Of a DNA stretch of 64,000 nucleotides, positions 46,678 through 56,431 are shown piece after piece. The DNA is from Clostridia bacterium. Its GTDB lineage: Bacteria; Bacillota; Clostridia; Oscillospirales; CAG-382. The translations under genes were made by a program, and so were the position numbers. The notes under the pieces are model-generated. The model saw only the letters and a list, made by a program, of their open reading frames with translations. It was not told the origin of the DNA and made no database searches. Where the stretch lies: positions 9,472 through 73,471 of the forward strand of contig JAFSCS010000001.1 in NCBI GenBank assembly GCA_017436675.1. The letters run 5' to 3'. Every line of letters starts with the position of its first letter. The first letter of the stretch is position 1.

Positions 46678-48114
46678 TTAATCAAGATTAAGGATACCGA
46701 TCGCGTCGGTGATCGTTTTTTCGTATGCTTCTCTGCCGTATTTATCGACCTCGGCTTTATTTTTCTCGCCGTGAGTGAGGCATCCCGCACCGCCGATACA
46801 TCCGCCGACACAAGCCATACCCTCGATGAAGTTCTCATCACCGATCTTTTTCGACGCCTTCAACAATGCAACACGACAAGCCTCGATGCCATCACAAGAG
46901 ATCGCTTTCACTTGGAAATCGATATTTTGCTCCTTGAGTGACTCAACGACTGCATCGGAAAGACCGCCGCAACGAGCGAAGATACGTCCGTAGTATGATG
47001 CGTTATCGAGAACGCCGTCAGTAAGCGTTGTGATATCGACGTCCTTACTGTCGAACAATGCCTGAAGCTCCTCAAACGTGATAACGCTGTCGATAAACGG
47101 AGCTACTGTATCCCACATCTGCTCCGCCTTCTTTGCGGTGCACGGGCCGATGAAGACAACGCGGCTATTCGGATCGGTGCCTTTGATATACTGAGCGATG
47201 GCAGCCATCGGTGAAAGATTGTGTGAAACGTGCTCCTTCATCGTCGGGAACTGCTTTTTGATATACTCAACGAAAGCAGGGCAACACGACGAGGTCAAAA
47301 ATCCTTTTTCCGCAAGCTCGCGTGCTTCCTTGAATGCCACTATATCCGCGCCGAGAGCCGCTTCGACTACCGTATGGAAGCCGAGTGCTTTAATACCCGT
47401 AATGACCTGACCGAGTCGAGCATACTGGAATTGGCTCGATATGGAGGGCGCGACAACGGCGTATACGCGGTAATTCTTGTTATTGTCGCTGTTCTTGATG
47501 AGATCGATCGTATCGAGGATGAACGATCTGTCGGTGATCGCTCCGAACGGGCATTGATATACACAAGCACCGCAGGAGATACATTTGCTTTCGTCGATCT
47601 GTGCCGCTTTCGTTTCGCTCATCGAGATCGCCTTGATCTTACAAGCGTTTTCGCAAGGACGTTTGTGGTTTCTTATTGCGCTATAGGGACAGACCTTTGC
47701 ACAAAGGCCGCATTCAACACACTTCGATTTGTCGATATGTGCTTTCATTTGGTGGTCAAACGTTATCGCACCGCGCTTACATACGTCCTCGCATCTATGC
47801 GCGATACAGCCTCTACACGAGTCGGACACCTCATATCCGCCAACGGGACATTCGTCACAAGCAATATCGATTACCTCGATAATATTTTTTGCCGTTTTTT
47901 TGCGGCTCATTGCGAGTCTGACACGTTCTCCGAGGATCGCGCGTTCTTTATAGACACAGCATCTCATCGTCGGGGTCTTTCCCGGGGCGATGATCTTCGG
48001 GATCTCCGTCACGTTTTCCAAAAGAGTATCGTTCCAAGCAAGTCTTGCTACCTCGCGGAGAACCTTATATTTCAAATGTTGTACTTTTGTATCAAATTTT
48101 CTGATATTGCCCAT
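46678..48114 (-). CDS. [FeFe]-hydrogenase catalytic-type protein (HfsD/HydA2-like)
   Basis: Two ferredoxin-type clusters ('CVECGLCAKVCP', 'CISCGACVYQCP') and canonical H-cluster motifs 'TSSCCPAF', 'GPCTAKKAE' and 'EGMACVGGCIGG'. Confidence 0.8.
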   Translation of the reverse strand: MGNIRKFDTKVQHLKYKVLREVARLAWNDTLLENVTEIPKIIAPGKTPTMRCCVYKERAILGERVRLAMSRKKTAKNIIEVIDIACDECPVGGYEVSDSCRGCIAHRCEDVCKRGAITFDHQMKAHIDKSKCVECGLCAKVCPYSAIRNHKRPCENACKIKAISMSETKAAQIDESKCISCGACVYQCPFGAITDRSFILDTIDLIKNSDNNKNYRVYAVVAPSISSQFQYARLGQVITGIKALGFHTVVEAALGADIVAFKEARELAEKGFLTSSCCPAFVEYIKKQFPTMKEHVSHNLSPMAAIAQYIKGTDPNSRVVFIGPCTAKKAEQMWDTVAPFIDSVITFEELQALFDSKDVDITTLTDGVLDNASYYGRIFARCGGLSDAVVESLKEQNIDFQVKAISCDGIEACRVALLKASKKIGDENFIEGMACVGGCIGGAGCLTHGEKNKAEVDKYGREAYEKTITDAIGILNLD

Positions 48115-48139
48115 TTTACTTTATATTCCTTATTTTTAT

Positions 48140-49312
48140 TTAGAAATAGCTTACCTTTATACGCTTGCCCATTTTTGTCAAGCAATCTGCAAGCTCGTCA
48201 ACAAGTCGCATTTTGATATTAAAGCTGATCGGAAGATCGGGGTTTTGATGTGCGGGGTTTACTGCCCGTCCAACGAAGAAATTGATATCTGTCGCTTCCT
48301 CAAAAAGAAGTCTCGCGATCATTGACGCGCCATCACGGCCGCAGCTCCATTTCGAATAATTGATATTTTCACCAATATGATCCTTCGCATATTCGAGGAC
48401 CTTATTTATTGTAATAACACCCTCGGTGACGAGGTCAACACCCTCGATGGTCGCTATCGGCGGGATCGCGGGATCAGGATAATCGAGAACGGGAACAAGC
48501 TTTTTGCCGAGATACTTCGCCGCGATAGACGAGGTCGTTCCCCCGCAGACGATATGCTTTCCTTCCTTCGAGAAGAAGAGCGACATCATCTTGTCACAGT
48601 CATTACTGTTCGAGGGCGGCCCGATCATCAAGCTCATCGGCTCTCTTTTTCTGATGCGCACCGTGCAAATAGTCGTGTCATCACCCGGCATTCCGCCATA
48701 GAGACGATAGCACTCGTCGAGAAGTATCGTCGTCAAGGTCTTTGCGGTGAAGCCAACGCTATAAAACGTCTCCATATACGAGATGATATCGGGGCGTTCC
48801 CAACCGAAGTTGTGGGTGATCCCAACACCTGCATGGATAGCACCGTCGCTCATCAAAATAAAAACGTCGTTTTCCTTCAGCTTTATTCTTGAACGATAGA
48901 TCGTTTTCCCGTCGATATTTATCTGTGTTTTCGGGATCTCGAGGTTTGCACCGTCTCGAAGCAAGATAACGTGGGGGTTGTCATATTGGAATATTTCAGC
49001 CTCCTCGTTATTGATAATACGCATTATCGTGAACGTGGAATATGCAACTCCTCTGACAGAACACACGGGAAGCGTTTGCGCTATTGCGGAAACACACTCC
49101 TCTATCTTCATATTTTCTGCCATCATTGTCGAGATTATCTTTGCCGTCAAGCTCGATAGGATATTAGCCTTAACGCCGCTTCCGAGACCGTCCGCAAGAA
49201 CGATGACTGACGAGTTATCATCCTGCTCTACTATCTCGACGTGATCGCCGCAAAGCTGTTCGCCGTATTTGAATAGACTACGGTAGCCGATATCGGCACA
49301 AAGGTCATTCAT
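48140..49312 (-). CDS. SpoIIE/PP2C-family protein serine/threonine phosphatase
   Basis: 'GDHVEIVEQDDNSSVIVLADGLGSGVKANILSS' and 'DVFILMSDGAIHAG', plus a ~170-aa C-terminal domain of unknown function. Confidence 0.85.
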   Translation of the reverse strand: MNDLCADIGYRSLFKYGEQLCGDHVEIVEQDDNSSVIVLADGLGSGVKANILSSLTAKIISTMMAENMKIEECVSAIAQTLPVCSVRGVAYSTFTIMRIINNEEAEIFQYDNPHVILLRDGANLEIPKTQINIDGKTIYRSRIKLKENDVFILMSDGAIHAGVGITHNFGWERPDIISYMETFYSVGFTAKTLTTILLDECYRLYGGMPGDDTTICTVRIRKREPMSLMIGPPSNSNDCDKMMSLFFSKEGKHIVCGGTTSSIAAKYLGKKLVPVLDYPDPAIPPIATIEGVDLVTEGVITINKVLEYAKDHIGENINYSKWSCGRDGASMIARLLFEEATDINFFVGRAVNPAHQNPDLPISFNIKMRLVDELADCLTKMGKRIKVSYF

Positions 49313-50981
49313 CGGTCATACTCTCCTTCAGCTTTGTTAGAGCGATCTTTGTTTCTGCCGCCGTTTCACCGAGAAGAAGCGCGATCTCTTGGACGATACG
49401 CATCTGCTTATCAACGACCTTATCGGCTATCTCAACGGTTTTTCTGTTGATGAGCTCCTTGCGCTCGTGCTCGTCGACCTGCTCGGTAACGTCACGCATT
49501 ATGCACATTATGACCTTAAACTCGTGATCATAGATGATAGTTTCGTCAACGTATTTCTTGTATTCAGCGAGATAAGTTCTTCTGTCGCGGATGCTTGCGC
49601 CTGTGTTTTTGACGTCCATAAAATCCTTCGGATCCATAATTCGAATCACCTGTTCTCCGAGGACGTCGCTCGCACTTCTGATATTCATAATACGACAAGC
49701 GGCTTTATTAATTTGTTGTACCTCGAAATCCTCGTTGAGTACGAGTATTCCGTTCGGTGTGTTGTTGATGATATTATCGGAGAAGCTTTCTGCTTTATCC
49801 TTCAAGAACGGCAAACACATAGTCATATCTGCTTTTCCTTGGAAGATCGCGACCGCTTTTTTACGGCAGGTGTCATAGCCGCAGCAGCCACAGTTAAGCT
49901 CATCCTCTTTTCTTGTTTTACCCATTTTGCGAAGTATCGACATTATTTCGCTTTCTGTCGGTACTGACGCCTTACTGAGTATTTGTGTCAGATCCTTATG
50001 AAGCTCCTTTTTCGAAGCTTGGTCAACGGGAAAATCCTTCGTTCCCGCATATTTATTTACTGCGATGGTATTGCTGAGCGGAGAACGGTGATATTTTTCC
50101 ATAACGGGACCACCGATACAGCTACCCGCACATACGGACATTTCAATAAAGCAATTCGAAACGCGTCCGGCACGGATATCCTCCAATGCGGCGATACAGT
50201 TCTCTATTCCATCAACGGAGAGATAAGTATATCCTTCCTCGCGAACGTCCATCGTCTTCAAAATGCCGCCGGACGTCGGGAAGAGTCTTGCCTTGCTCTC
50301 TTCGATATTCTCGTGCTCGGGCTCGAGGGTTATTCCTTCACGCTCGAACCATTTTGAAAGCTCCTCGAAGGTCAAGACCGCGTCGGTTATTCCTTTATAA
50401 TAATCAGCCTCGTCCTTTTTCGCAACGCACGGACCGATGAATACCGTTTTTGCGTTGGGATAACGCTTTTTGATATCGAGGCAATGTGCCTGCATAGGCG
50501 AAACTACGGGTGCAAGGAAAGGAAGTGTATCGGGGAAATGCTTTTGGATCAGCAAATTCGCTGAATGGCAGCATGATGAGATAAGTATTGACGGCTTCTC
50601 CTCGTGAAGAATACGTTGATACTCGTTTTTGACGATCGTAGCTCCGACAGCAGTTTCCTCAGCCATAAAGAATCCGAGCTTTTTGAGTGCTTTTTCAAGT
50701 GCGCGGATGCCGATACCATCATAATTTGCAACAAAAGAAGGTGCAATGCTTGCGATAACGGGTTCACCCGACATCAGAAGCACCTTAACAGTCTCGGTTC
50801 CGTCAGCTATCTCCTTCGCGTTTTGGGGACATACAACGAAGCATTGTCCGCAAAGGATACATTCGTTTCCTACGATATTCGCTTGACCTGCTGAAAATCT
50901 GATCGATTTTACGGGGCAATGACGAATACATTTATAACAGTTTTTACAGTTTGATTTTTTTAATCTCAGAAATTCAGCCAT
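49305..50981 (-). CDS. Sensory-type [FeFe]-hydrogenase-like protein with PAS domain (HydS/HfsB-like)
   Basis: N-terminal 4Fe-4S motifs ('CKNCYKCIRHCP', 'CILCGQCFVVCP') and variant H-cluster motifs 'SSCCHS', 'GPCVAKKDE' and 'EMSVCAGSCIGGP'. An extra 'CGCCGYDTC' cluster motif is followed by a PAS-like C-terminus. Confidence 0.8.
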   Translation of the reverse strand: MAEFLRLKKSNCKNCYKCIRHCPVKSIRFSAGQANIVGNECILCGQCFVVCPQNAKEIADGTETVKVLLMSGEPVIASIAPSFVANYDGIGIRALEKALKKLGFFMAEETAVGATIVKNEYQRILHEEKPSILISSCCHSANLLIQKHFPDTLPFLAPVVSPMQAHCLDIKKRYPNAKTVFIGPCVAKKDEADYYKGITDAVLTFEELSKWFEREGITLEPEHENIEESKARLFPTSGGILKTMDVREEGYTYLSVDGIENCIAALEDIRAGRVSNCFIEMSVCAGSCIGGPVMEKYHRSPLSNTIAVNKYAGTKDFPVDQASKKELHKDLTQILSKASVPTESEIMSILRKMGKTRKEDELNCGCCGYDTCRKKAVAIFQGKADMTMCLPFLKDKAESFSDNIINNTPNGILVLNEDFEVQQINKAACRIMNIRSASDVLGEQVIRIMDPKDFMDVKNTGASIRDRRTYLAEYKKYVDETIIYDHEFKVIMCIMRDVTEQVDEHERKELINRKTVEIADKVVDKQMRIVQEIALLLGETAAETKIALTKLKESMTDE

Positions 50982-51007
50982 AATGCTTCTCCTGATTGGT
51001 GCGAATT

Positions 51008-51250
51008 TTATTTCAAATTGGGAAGAACGGAGTTGTTGAAGAATTCTTCAACCGTTTCCGGTGATACGGAATATACCTCTTCATCTATGAGGACGCATAC
51101 TCCTTTTTGACATTGACCGACGCAAAACGTTCCCGAAAGCTCGATCTTATCACCGATGTTATTTTCGGCTATAAGAGCTTGGAGCTTTTCAAGAACTTGG
51201 CGTGAGCCTTTAACGTGGCATGAGCTTCCTATACAAATTGTAATTTTCAT
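51008..51250 (-). CDS. Thioredoxin-like [2Fe-2S] ferredoxin (NuoE/HfsA-like)
   Basis: 80 aa: 'MKITICIGSSCHVKGS...GTFCVGQCQKG'. Confidence 0.7.
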   Translation of the reverse strand: MKITICIGSSCHVKGSRQVLEKLQALIAENNIGDKIELSGTFCVGQCQKGVCVLIDEEVYSVSPETVEEFFNNSVLPNLK

Positions 51251-51275
51251 TGTTTCGTGCCTTTCTTTATTGTCG

Positions 51276-51914
51276 TTATTCTTGTGAGTCAGTCAGCTTT
51301 TCACTCAGATGCTTTGAGAGCATCGCCAATGAAAAAGCCATATTTTCGTTTTGTACCAATACGTTTTCGGGTACCTTCAGATGTACGGGTGAAAAATTCC
51401 AAATGCCGAGCACTCCCGCCTCCACGAGCATATCGCAAACCTCTTGTGCGGCAAACGCGGGTACGGTAATTATACCGAGTCGGATCTTCATCCTGCGGCA
51501 AAGGTTATCAAGCTTGCTGATATCCATTACCTGTTTCCCGTTGATCATCTCTCCCAATTTATTGTTATCAAGGTCAAAAGCCGCTACGATATCAAGTCCT
51601 TGCGCAGCAAACCCATCGTATGACAACAATGCTCTGCCGAGATTTCCCGCACCGACGATAACTGCATTTTGCGTATTGTCATAGCCAAGGAACTGTTCTA
51701 TATCATATATAAGCTCTTTTGTTATATAGCCGATTTTAGGACGTCCGCGCTGACTGATCGACGCGAGGTCCTTGCGTACTTGGACGTCGTTGAGGCTCAG
51801 CGCTTGAGCGATTATGGTTGCCGATACATTGGAGAGAGGGTCTCTTTGCTTCAAGAAATTGAGATATAGCGGAAGGCGTTGCAAAGTTTGTTTGGAAACT
51901 GCTTTCTTTTCCAT
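51276..51914 (-). CDS. rex: Redox-sensing transcriptional repressor Rex
   Basis: 'SKQTLQRLPLYLNFLK' (winged helix) and the Rossmann motif 'AVIVGAGNLGRALLSY'. The track start is TTG 51923; ATG 51914 with RBS AAGGAG is preferred. Confidence 0.9.
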   Translation of the reverse strand: MEKKAVSKQTLQRLPLYLNFLKQRDPLSNVSATIIAQALSLNDVQVRKDLASISQRGRPKIGYITKELIYDIEQFLGYDNTQNAVIVGAGNLGRALLSYDGFAAQGLDIVAAFDLDNNKLGEMINGKQVMDISKLDNLCRRMKIRLGIITVPAFAAQEVCDMLVEAGVLGIWNFSPVHLKVPENVLVQNENMAFSLAMLSKHLSEKLTDSQE

Positions 51915-51969
51915 TTTTCGCAACTCCTTTTTTATTTCTCCGCCCTTTCGGGCGGAGATGATGAACGTT

Positions 51970-53229
51970 TTAGAACAATATTATTAAAAATTGTGATACG
52001 AGCACGACAGCGATGAGCGCTATCGGGTAGGTTGCCGCATATGCGGAAGCAACGTCCTCAGTTCCCGCAACACCGATGAGTGTTCCGAGAGCGGGTGTGC
52101 TCGTCATACCGCCCGTGATCGAGCCTAAGTTGTTGAGAAGGCTGAGCTTGAGGACGTATTTTGCGAACAAGAATCCGATTATCAACGGAGCTATCGTCAT
52201 AATGATACCGTATACGAAATACATTACGTCGAAGTTTTCAACGAACTCTGCGCCACCGGGGATACCTGCTCCAACGAGGAACAACACGAGCCCGAGCTCA
52301 CGGAAGAGCTTGAGTGTGCTTGATGCAGGCATAATATTTACTTTGCCGATGCGAGAGAAGTGTCCCATTACGAGACTCACGAGCAAGCATCCGCCCGTTG
52401 TTGTGAGCGAGAAGCACGTTCCGCTGAGTCCGTCGCCCGAAAGCGGAATCTTTATTTGTCCGAGAACGGTTCCGAGTAATGCCGCGAGAGAAAACGCCGC
52501 GATACCCATATGGTCGATCTCGAAGAGCTTTCCTGTGAAGCCTTTCTTTTCGTCTTCTTCTTTTATCACGAGCTTTGCGCGTTCCTCGTCCATATTAGCT
52601 TTTGTGAGCTTCGGGATGAGTTGAACGAACAATACGACGCCGATAACGCCGAAGATATATGCGATACCGTGACCTACGGACACGAGAGCTTGGTATTGCT
52701 CTGCAACTGTTGCTTTAGCCGCGGAGAACGCAGGAGTAGATGTGAGTGAGCCTGAGAGAAGGCCAACGATCATCGCAACGAAGCCGTCTTGATCCTCGAT
52801 CGTTCCGCCGTATCCGACTACCTCGCCCAAGCCGATACATCCGGCTGCGGAAAGTCCGCCCGCGAGGATGATTATCAAGCCTAAAAGAACGTAGGATTTG
52901 AAGTTTCTTTTGAAGTTTCCGAAAAATTTCGGACCTGCGATGAAGCCGACCGACGTTACGAAGAGAACGAGTCCGAAGCTTTCGATCAAAGAAAGTCCGC
53001 TTGAGAAGTCGAAGGGCTTTGATGATGCAAAGAAGATGAGTCCATCGTCTCCGACGCTGAAGCAAAGTGCTCCAACGAGAAGCGCGATAATAAATACTCC
53101 CGCATCACCGAGGGATATCCCTTTTACAGTAACTCTGCCGAGGACGTATCCGCCCATCAATACGGCAAAAACTACGAAAAGGAGTGTTGATATATTGCTA
53201 ATGGAGATAACTCCGCCAAATAAACTCAT
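51970..53229 (-). CDS. AAE-family (aspartate:alanine exchanger / YidE-YbjL / SucE-like) permease
   Basis: 419 aa made of two homologous ~5-TM halves joined by a charged linker 'KLVIKEEDEKKGF'. The glycine-rich helices are typical of Asp-Al_Ex domains. I see no TrkA-C domains. Confidence 0.65.
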   Translation of the reverse strand: MSLFGGVISISNISTLLFVVFAVLMGGYVLGRVTVKGISLGDAGVFIIALLVGALCFSVGDDGLIFFASSKPFDFSSGLSLIESFGLVLFVTSVGFIAGPKFFGNFKRNFKSYVLLGLIIILAGGLSAAGCIGLGEVVGYGGTIEDQDGFVAMIVGLLSGSLTSTPAFSAAKATVAEQYQALVSVGHGIAYIFGVIGVVLFVQLIPKLTKANMDEERAKLVIKEEDEKKGFTGKLFEIDHMGIAAFSLAALLGTVLGQIKIPLSGDGLSGTCFSLTTTGGCLLVSLVMGHFSRIGKVNIMPASSTLKLFRELGLVLFLVGAGIPGGAEFVENFDVMYFVYGIIMTIAPLIIGFLFAKYVLKLSLLNNLGSITGGMTSTPALGTLIGVAGTEDVASAYAATYPIALIAVVLVSQFLIILF

Positions 53230-53266
53230 TTTTGAAATTCCTTTCTATAGTAGGGCGCGACCGAGA

Positions 53267-54856
53267 TTATTTGTTTCTGTAATCGGGCAAAAGCATCGGA
53301 GAAACTGCACCGGAGCAATATTCCTCTGCCTCTTTTGCAAACTCGTCAACGTGGTTGAGTGTGAGATTTCCGACTGTCGTGTTCTTTGCGGCAGCAGCAG
53401 CGTTTTTACCTGCATTTCTACCGAATACGATTATATCGAGCAAGGAGTTACCCATAAGTCTGTTGCGTCCGTGGATACCGCCAACGACCTCGCCTGCTGC
53501 GAAGAGGTTTTTGATATTCGTGGTCATACAATCCTTTGTGATGTCAAGACCACCGTTTTGATAGTGGAGCGTCGGATAGACGAGGATCGGTTCTTTTCTG
53601 ATATCGATTCCGTATTTTTCGAACATACGAAGCATTGCGGGGATACGTTTTTCGATCGTACCTTCGCCGCCCTTCATTTCGATCATCGGAGTGTCGAGCC
53701 AAACGCCCTTGCCGCTTCCCGTGTCGACACCGTTGTTTCTGTCGGAGCATTCACGAATGATGGATGCCGCGGAAACGTCACGTGTTTCGAGGGGATGCAT
53801 AAACGCTTCGCCGTTTACGTTGATGAGCTTCGCGCCGAGAGAGCGCACCTTTTCCGTTACGAGCGCACCGAAGATCTGCTCGGGGAATGCCGCACCTGTC
53901 GGGTGGTATTGAAGTGTATCGGCGTAGAGGAGCTTTGCACCTGCACGATATGCGATGACGAGACCGTCAGCGGTTGCGCCATAGTGGTTGGAGGTCGGGA
54001 AGCCTTGGTAGTGCATTCTTCCTGCGCCGCCTGTTGCGATAACTACTGTTTTCGCACGAGCGATGAGGATCTCTTCTGTTTCCATATTGAGAAGCACTGC
54101 ACCTGCCGCGTTGCCGTTCTCATCAAGAATGAGCTCGATCGCAGCGGTAAAGTCAACGACGGGGATATTACGGTTGAGCACCTCATCACGAAGCGTTCTC
54201 ATAATTTCCGCACCGGAATAGTCCTTTGCGGCGTGCATACGTTTTCTCGACGTACCGCCACCGTGTGTCGTTACCATTGTTCCGTCTTCTGTTTTATCAA
54301 ATTCAACACCGAGGTCGTTGAGCCATTTGATAGCTTCGGGAGCTTCGTTTACCAACGTGTAGAGAAGCTCGGGTTTAGCAGCGAAGTGACCGCCGCCGAA
54401 TGCGTCGAGGTAGTGGATAGCGGGAGAATCGTTGGGCTTGTCAGCAGCTTGGATACCGCCCTCTGCCATCATTGTGTTAGCGTCACCGATACGAAGCTTT
54501 GTTACGATCATTACGTTAGCGCCTGCCTCGTGAGCCTCGATAGCCGCACTTGAGCCTGCTCCGCCGCCACCGATGACGAGAACGTCAACGTCGTAATCCA
54601 CCTTTGAAAGATCGATGTCTGCCGTATTTATTCTGCTCTTGCCTTGCAAAAGTGCGGCAAGCTCGGTCGGAACCTTTTCACCCTTGTTGGGACCGACGGA
54701 GAGAACGCGGAATTCGTCCGTTTTATAGTCGGGGTGATATGTTTTGAGGAGTGTTTCTTTTTCTTCAGCCGTCATACGTCTGGGCTCAAGCTCAGCGTTA
54801 GCGACTCTGTTTGCTTCGACCTTTTTTATTGATTCAAGCATTTCCTTTGTATACAT
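53267..54856 (-). CDS. Fumarate reductase/succinate dehydrogenase-family flavoprotein (soluble, non-covalent-FAD type)
   Basis: 'DVLVIGGGGAGSSAAIEA', 'ANTMMAEGGIQAA' (no His at the covalent-FAD position), 'LQYHPTG', 'PTLHYQNGGL' and 'GRNRLMGNSLLDIIVFGR'. It carries a ~95-aa N-terminal extension. Confidence 0.75.
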   Translation of the reverse strand: MYTKEMLESIKKVEANRVANAELEPRRMTAEEKETLLKTYHPDYKTDEFRVLSVGPNKGEKVPTELAALLQGKSRINTADIDLSKVDYDVDVLVIGGGGAGSSAAIEAHEAGANVMIVTKLRIGDANTMMAEGGIQAADKPNDSPAIHYLDAFGGGHFAAKPELLYTLVNEAPEAIKWLNDLGVEFDKTEDGTMVTTHGGGTSRKRMHAAKDYSGAEIMRTLRDEVLNRNIPVVDFTAAIELILDENGNAAGAVLLNMETEEILIARAKTVVIATGGAGRMHYQGFPTSNHYGATADGLVIAYRAGAKLLYADTLQYHPTGAAFPEQIFGALVTEKVRSLGAKLINVNGEAFMHPLETRDVSAASIIRECSDRNNGVDTGSGKGVWLDTPMIEMKGGEGTIEKRIPAMLRMFEKYGIDIRKEPILVYPTLHYQNGGLDITKDCMTTNIKNLFAAGEVVGGIHGRNRLMGNSLLDIIVFGRNAGKNAAAAAKNTTVGNLTLNHVDEFAKEAEEYCSGAVSPMLLPDYRNK

Positions 54857-54870
54857 TGTCTTTCTCCTCC

Positions 54871-55545
54871 TTATTTCTCGATCTCACGGTTGTTGTAAAG
54901 CTCTTTCATCTCGGAAACAGGCTTTTGCATCAAGTTTTCGAGAAGCTCTTCAAACGTGCCGTCTTTGATCTCTTGTACTCTTGCTTCAAGGTGCTCGGAC
55001 TTCGGAGCGAGGTATTTTCCGTTGAGACGTCTTGCGAGAAGACCTACTTGGGGATGAGAGATACCTGCAGGGCAACGTGACGAGCAAACGCCGCACATTA
55101 CACAGTCAAAGGACTCTTCTGCGCATTTTTCATACTCGCCTCTTTGAGCGTATGCGATATATTGCATTACGTTGAGACCTTGAGTACAGCTCTTCGTACA
55201 AGCGTTGCATCCGATACAGCTGTATATTTCGGGATAGAGCTGCATCATGATCTGCTCTGTGGGTTTTATTTCGTTGATATCATAAACTTGCTTTACAAGC
55301 GGGAAGAACGGGAGAGTTGCTACGTACATATTCTCCTCGACCTTTGTTTGACAAGCGAGGCAGACCTTGAGCTCTCTGTCGCCTTTAATTCTATATACTG
55401 TTGCACACGCGCCGCAGAATCCGTTTCTGCATCCGCATCCGCGAACGAGACTGTAGCCCGCATATTCCATTGCGCGCATTATCGTCAAGTTGGAGGGAAC
55501 GGAATATTTCTTTCCGAACAAAAATACATTTACCATTTCTGCCAT
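54871..55545 (-). CDS. Fumarate reductase iron-sulfur-subunit-like protein
   Basis: N-terminal [2Fe-2S]-like 'GCGCRNGFCGACATV...CLAC' and two cluster motifs 'CIGCNACTKSC' and 'CVMCGVCSSRCP'. Confidence 0.65.
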   Translation of the reverse strand: MAEMVNVFLFGKKYSVPSNLTIMRAMEYAGYSLVRGCGCRNGFCGACATVYRIKGDRELKVCLACQTKVEENMYVATLPFFPLVKQVYDINEIKPTEQIMMQLYPEIYSCIGCNACTKSCTQGLNVMQYIAYAQRGEYEKCAEESFDCVMCGVCSSRCPAGISHPQVGLLARRLNGKYLAPKSEHLEARVQEIKDGTFEELLENLMQKPVSEMKELYNNREIEK

Positions 55546-55601
55546 TGTTATTTTACTCTCTTACGTCGAAATGACGATATAAGTTCCTTTCTTCGTTTTA
55601 A

Positions 55602-56429
55602 TCAATATTCGTTGGGAAGCTCATCGAGCTCGTCGCATCTGAACACCGGTCCGTCTTTACATACGTACTTCGAGCCGATGTTACAACGTCCGCATTTACC
55701 GACGCCGCACTTCATTTTCAGCTCCATCGTCGTAAACACTTGTGTTTTGTCAAATCCGAGCTCACTGAGTCCTGCAAGTGTGAATTTGATCATTATGGGA
55801 GGTCCGCAGATGATTACCGTTTTATTCGTATCAAATCCGAGCTCCTTAACGTAGTTCGGAACGAATCCAACGTGGCCGTCCCAGCCCTCTTGCTCACGGT
55901 CGATCGTGAGGTGAACGTTTACGCCCTCCTCAACGCACCATTCGTTGATTATCTCCTTATAGTCAACGAGGTCGTCCATACTTCTCGAGCCGTAAACTAT
56001 ATCGATCGTTCCGTAGCTGTCACGATAGTGGCGAACGTAGTTGATAACGGAGCGAAGCGGTGCAAGACCGATACCGCCTGCGATAAAGAGGAGGTTTTTG
56101 CCCTTGAACACCGTATCAACGGGAAATCCGTTTCCATACGGACCGCGGATCGTTACCTGCTGACCGACCTCCATATGATGAAGCCAATCGGTGAGGCATC
56201 CGCATTTCTTTATACTGAATTCCATAAATTCCGTGTTCGTCGGAGATGACGTTATCGAGAACATCGCCTCGCCGACACCGGGGATGGAGAGCATTGCGCA
56301 TTGTCCCGGAATATGCTCAAAAACCTTTTTTCCGTCGGGAGCAACTACTCTGAACGTTTTAACGTCGGGTGTATCGATACGAATATCTGTTACAACGCCG
56401 AGCTTTGGGATCAAAACTTCTTCGATCAT
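55602..56429 (-). CDS. FAD/NAD(P)H-binding [2Fe-2S] oxidoreductase (FlxA / AsrB / sulfhydrogenase-gamma-like)
   Basis: 'LLFIAGGIGLAPLRSV' and C-terminal 'CGVGKCGRCNIG...VCKDGPVF'. The start is set at ATG 56429 (RBS AAGGAG), 2 nt after the upstream stop. Confidence 0.7.
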   Translation of the reverse strand: MIEEVLIPKLGVVTDIRIDTPDVKTFRVVAPDGKKVFEHIPGQCAMLSIPGVGEAMFSITSSPTNTEFMEFSIKKCGCLTDWLHHMEVGQQVTIRGPYGNGFPVDTVFKGKNLLFIAGGIGLAPLRSVINYVRHYRDSYGTIDIVYGSRSMDDLVDYKEIINEWCVEEGVNVHLTIDREQEGWDGHVGFVPNYVKELGFDTNKTVIICGPPIMIKFTLAGLSELGFDKTQVFTTMELKMKCGVGKCGRCNIGSKYVCKDGPVFRCDELDELPNEY

Positions 56430-56431
56430 TT

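Noticed and set aside
51937-51958. Strong hairpin TCTCCGCCC-TTTC-GGGCGGAGA between the permease and rex, considered as a terminator separating the two operons.
   Set aside because: On the minus-strand transcript the hairpin is followed by AAAUAAAAAA rather than a U-tract. On the plus strand the T-run precedes the stem. It is therefore not a canonical intrinsic terminator in either direction, though it may be an RNA stabiliser or processing site.
51924-51969. Rex operator (TTGTGAA-N6-TTCACAA-like) upstream of rex, and likewise upstream of hdrB (62024-62094) and fumC (63847-63939).
   Set aside because: By eye I found no convincing match to the Rex box in these regions. A position-weight-matrix scan would be needed before claiming or excluding a site.
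52898-54553. 551-aa plus-strand ORF antisense to the frdA-like gene and the permease. Similar long antisense ORFs occur at 40458-41663 and 41799-42872 (antisense to secA), 47230-48216, 55144-55854, 56369-57424 and 15311-16171.
   Set aside because: Their translations are low-complexity or Arg/Cys/Val-rich with no recognisable motifs. They lack RBSs, and each lies fully inside a minus-strand gene with strong family signatures. They are a by-product of codon usage that avoids antisense stop codons.
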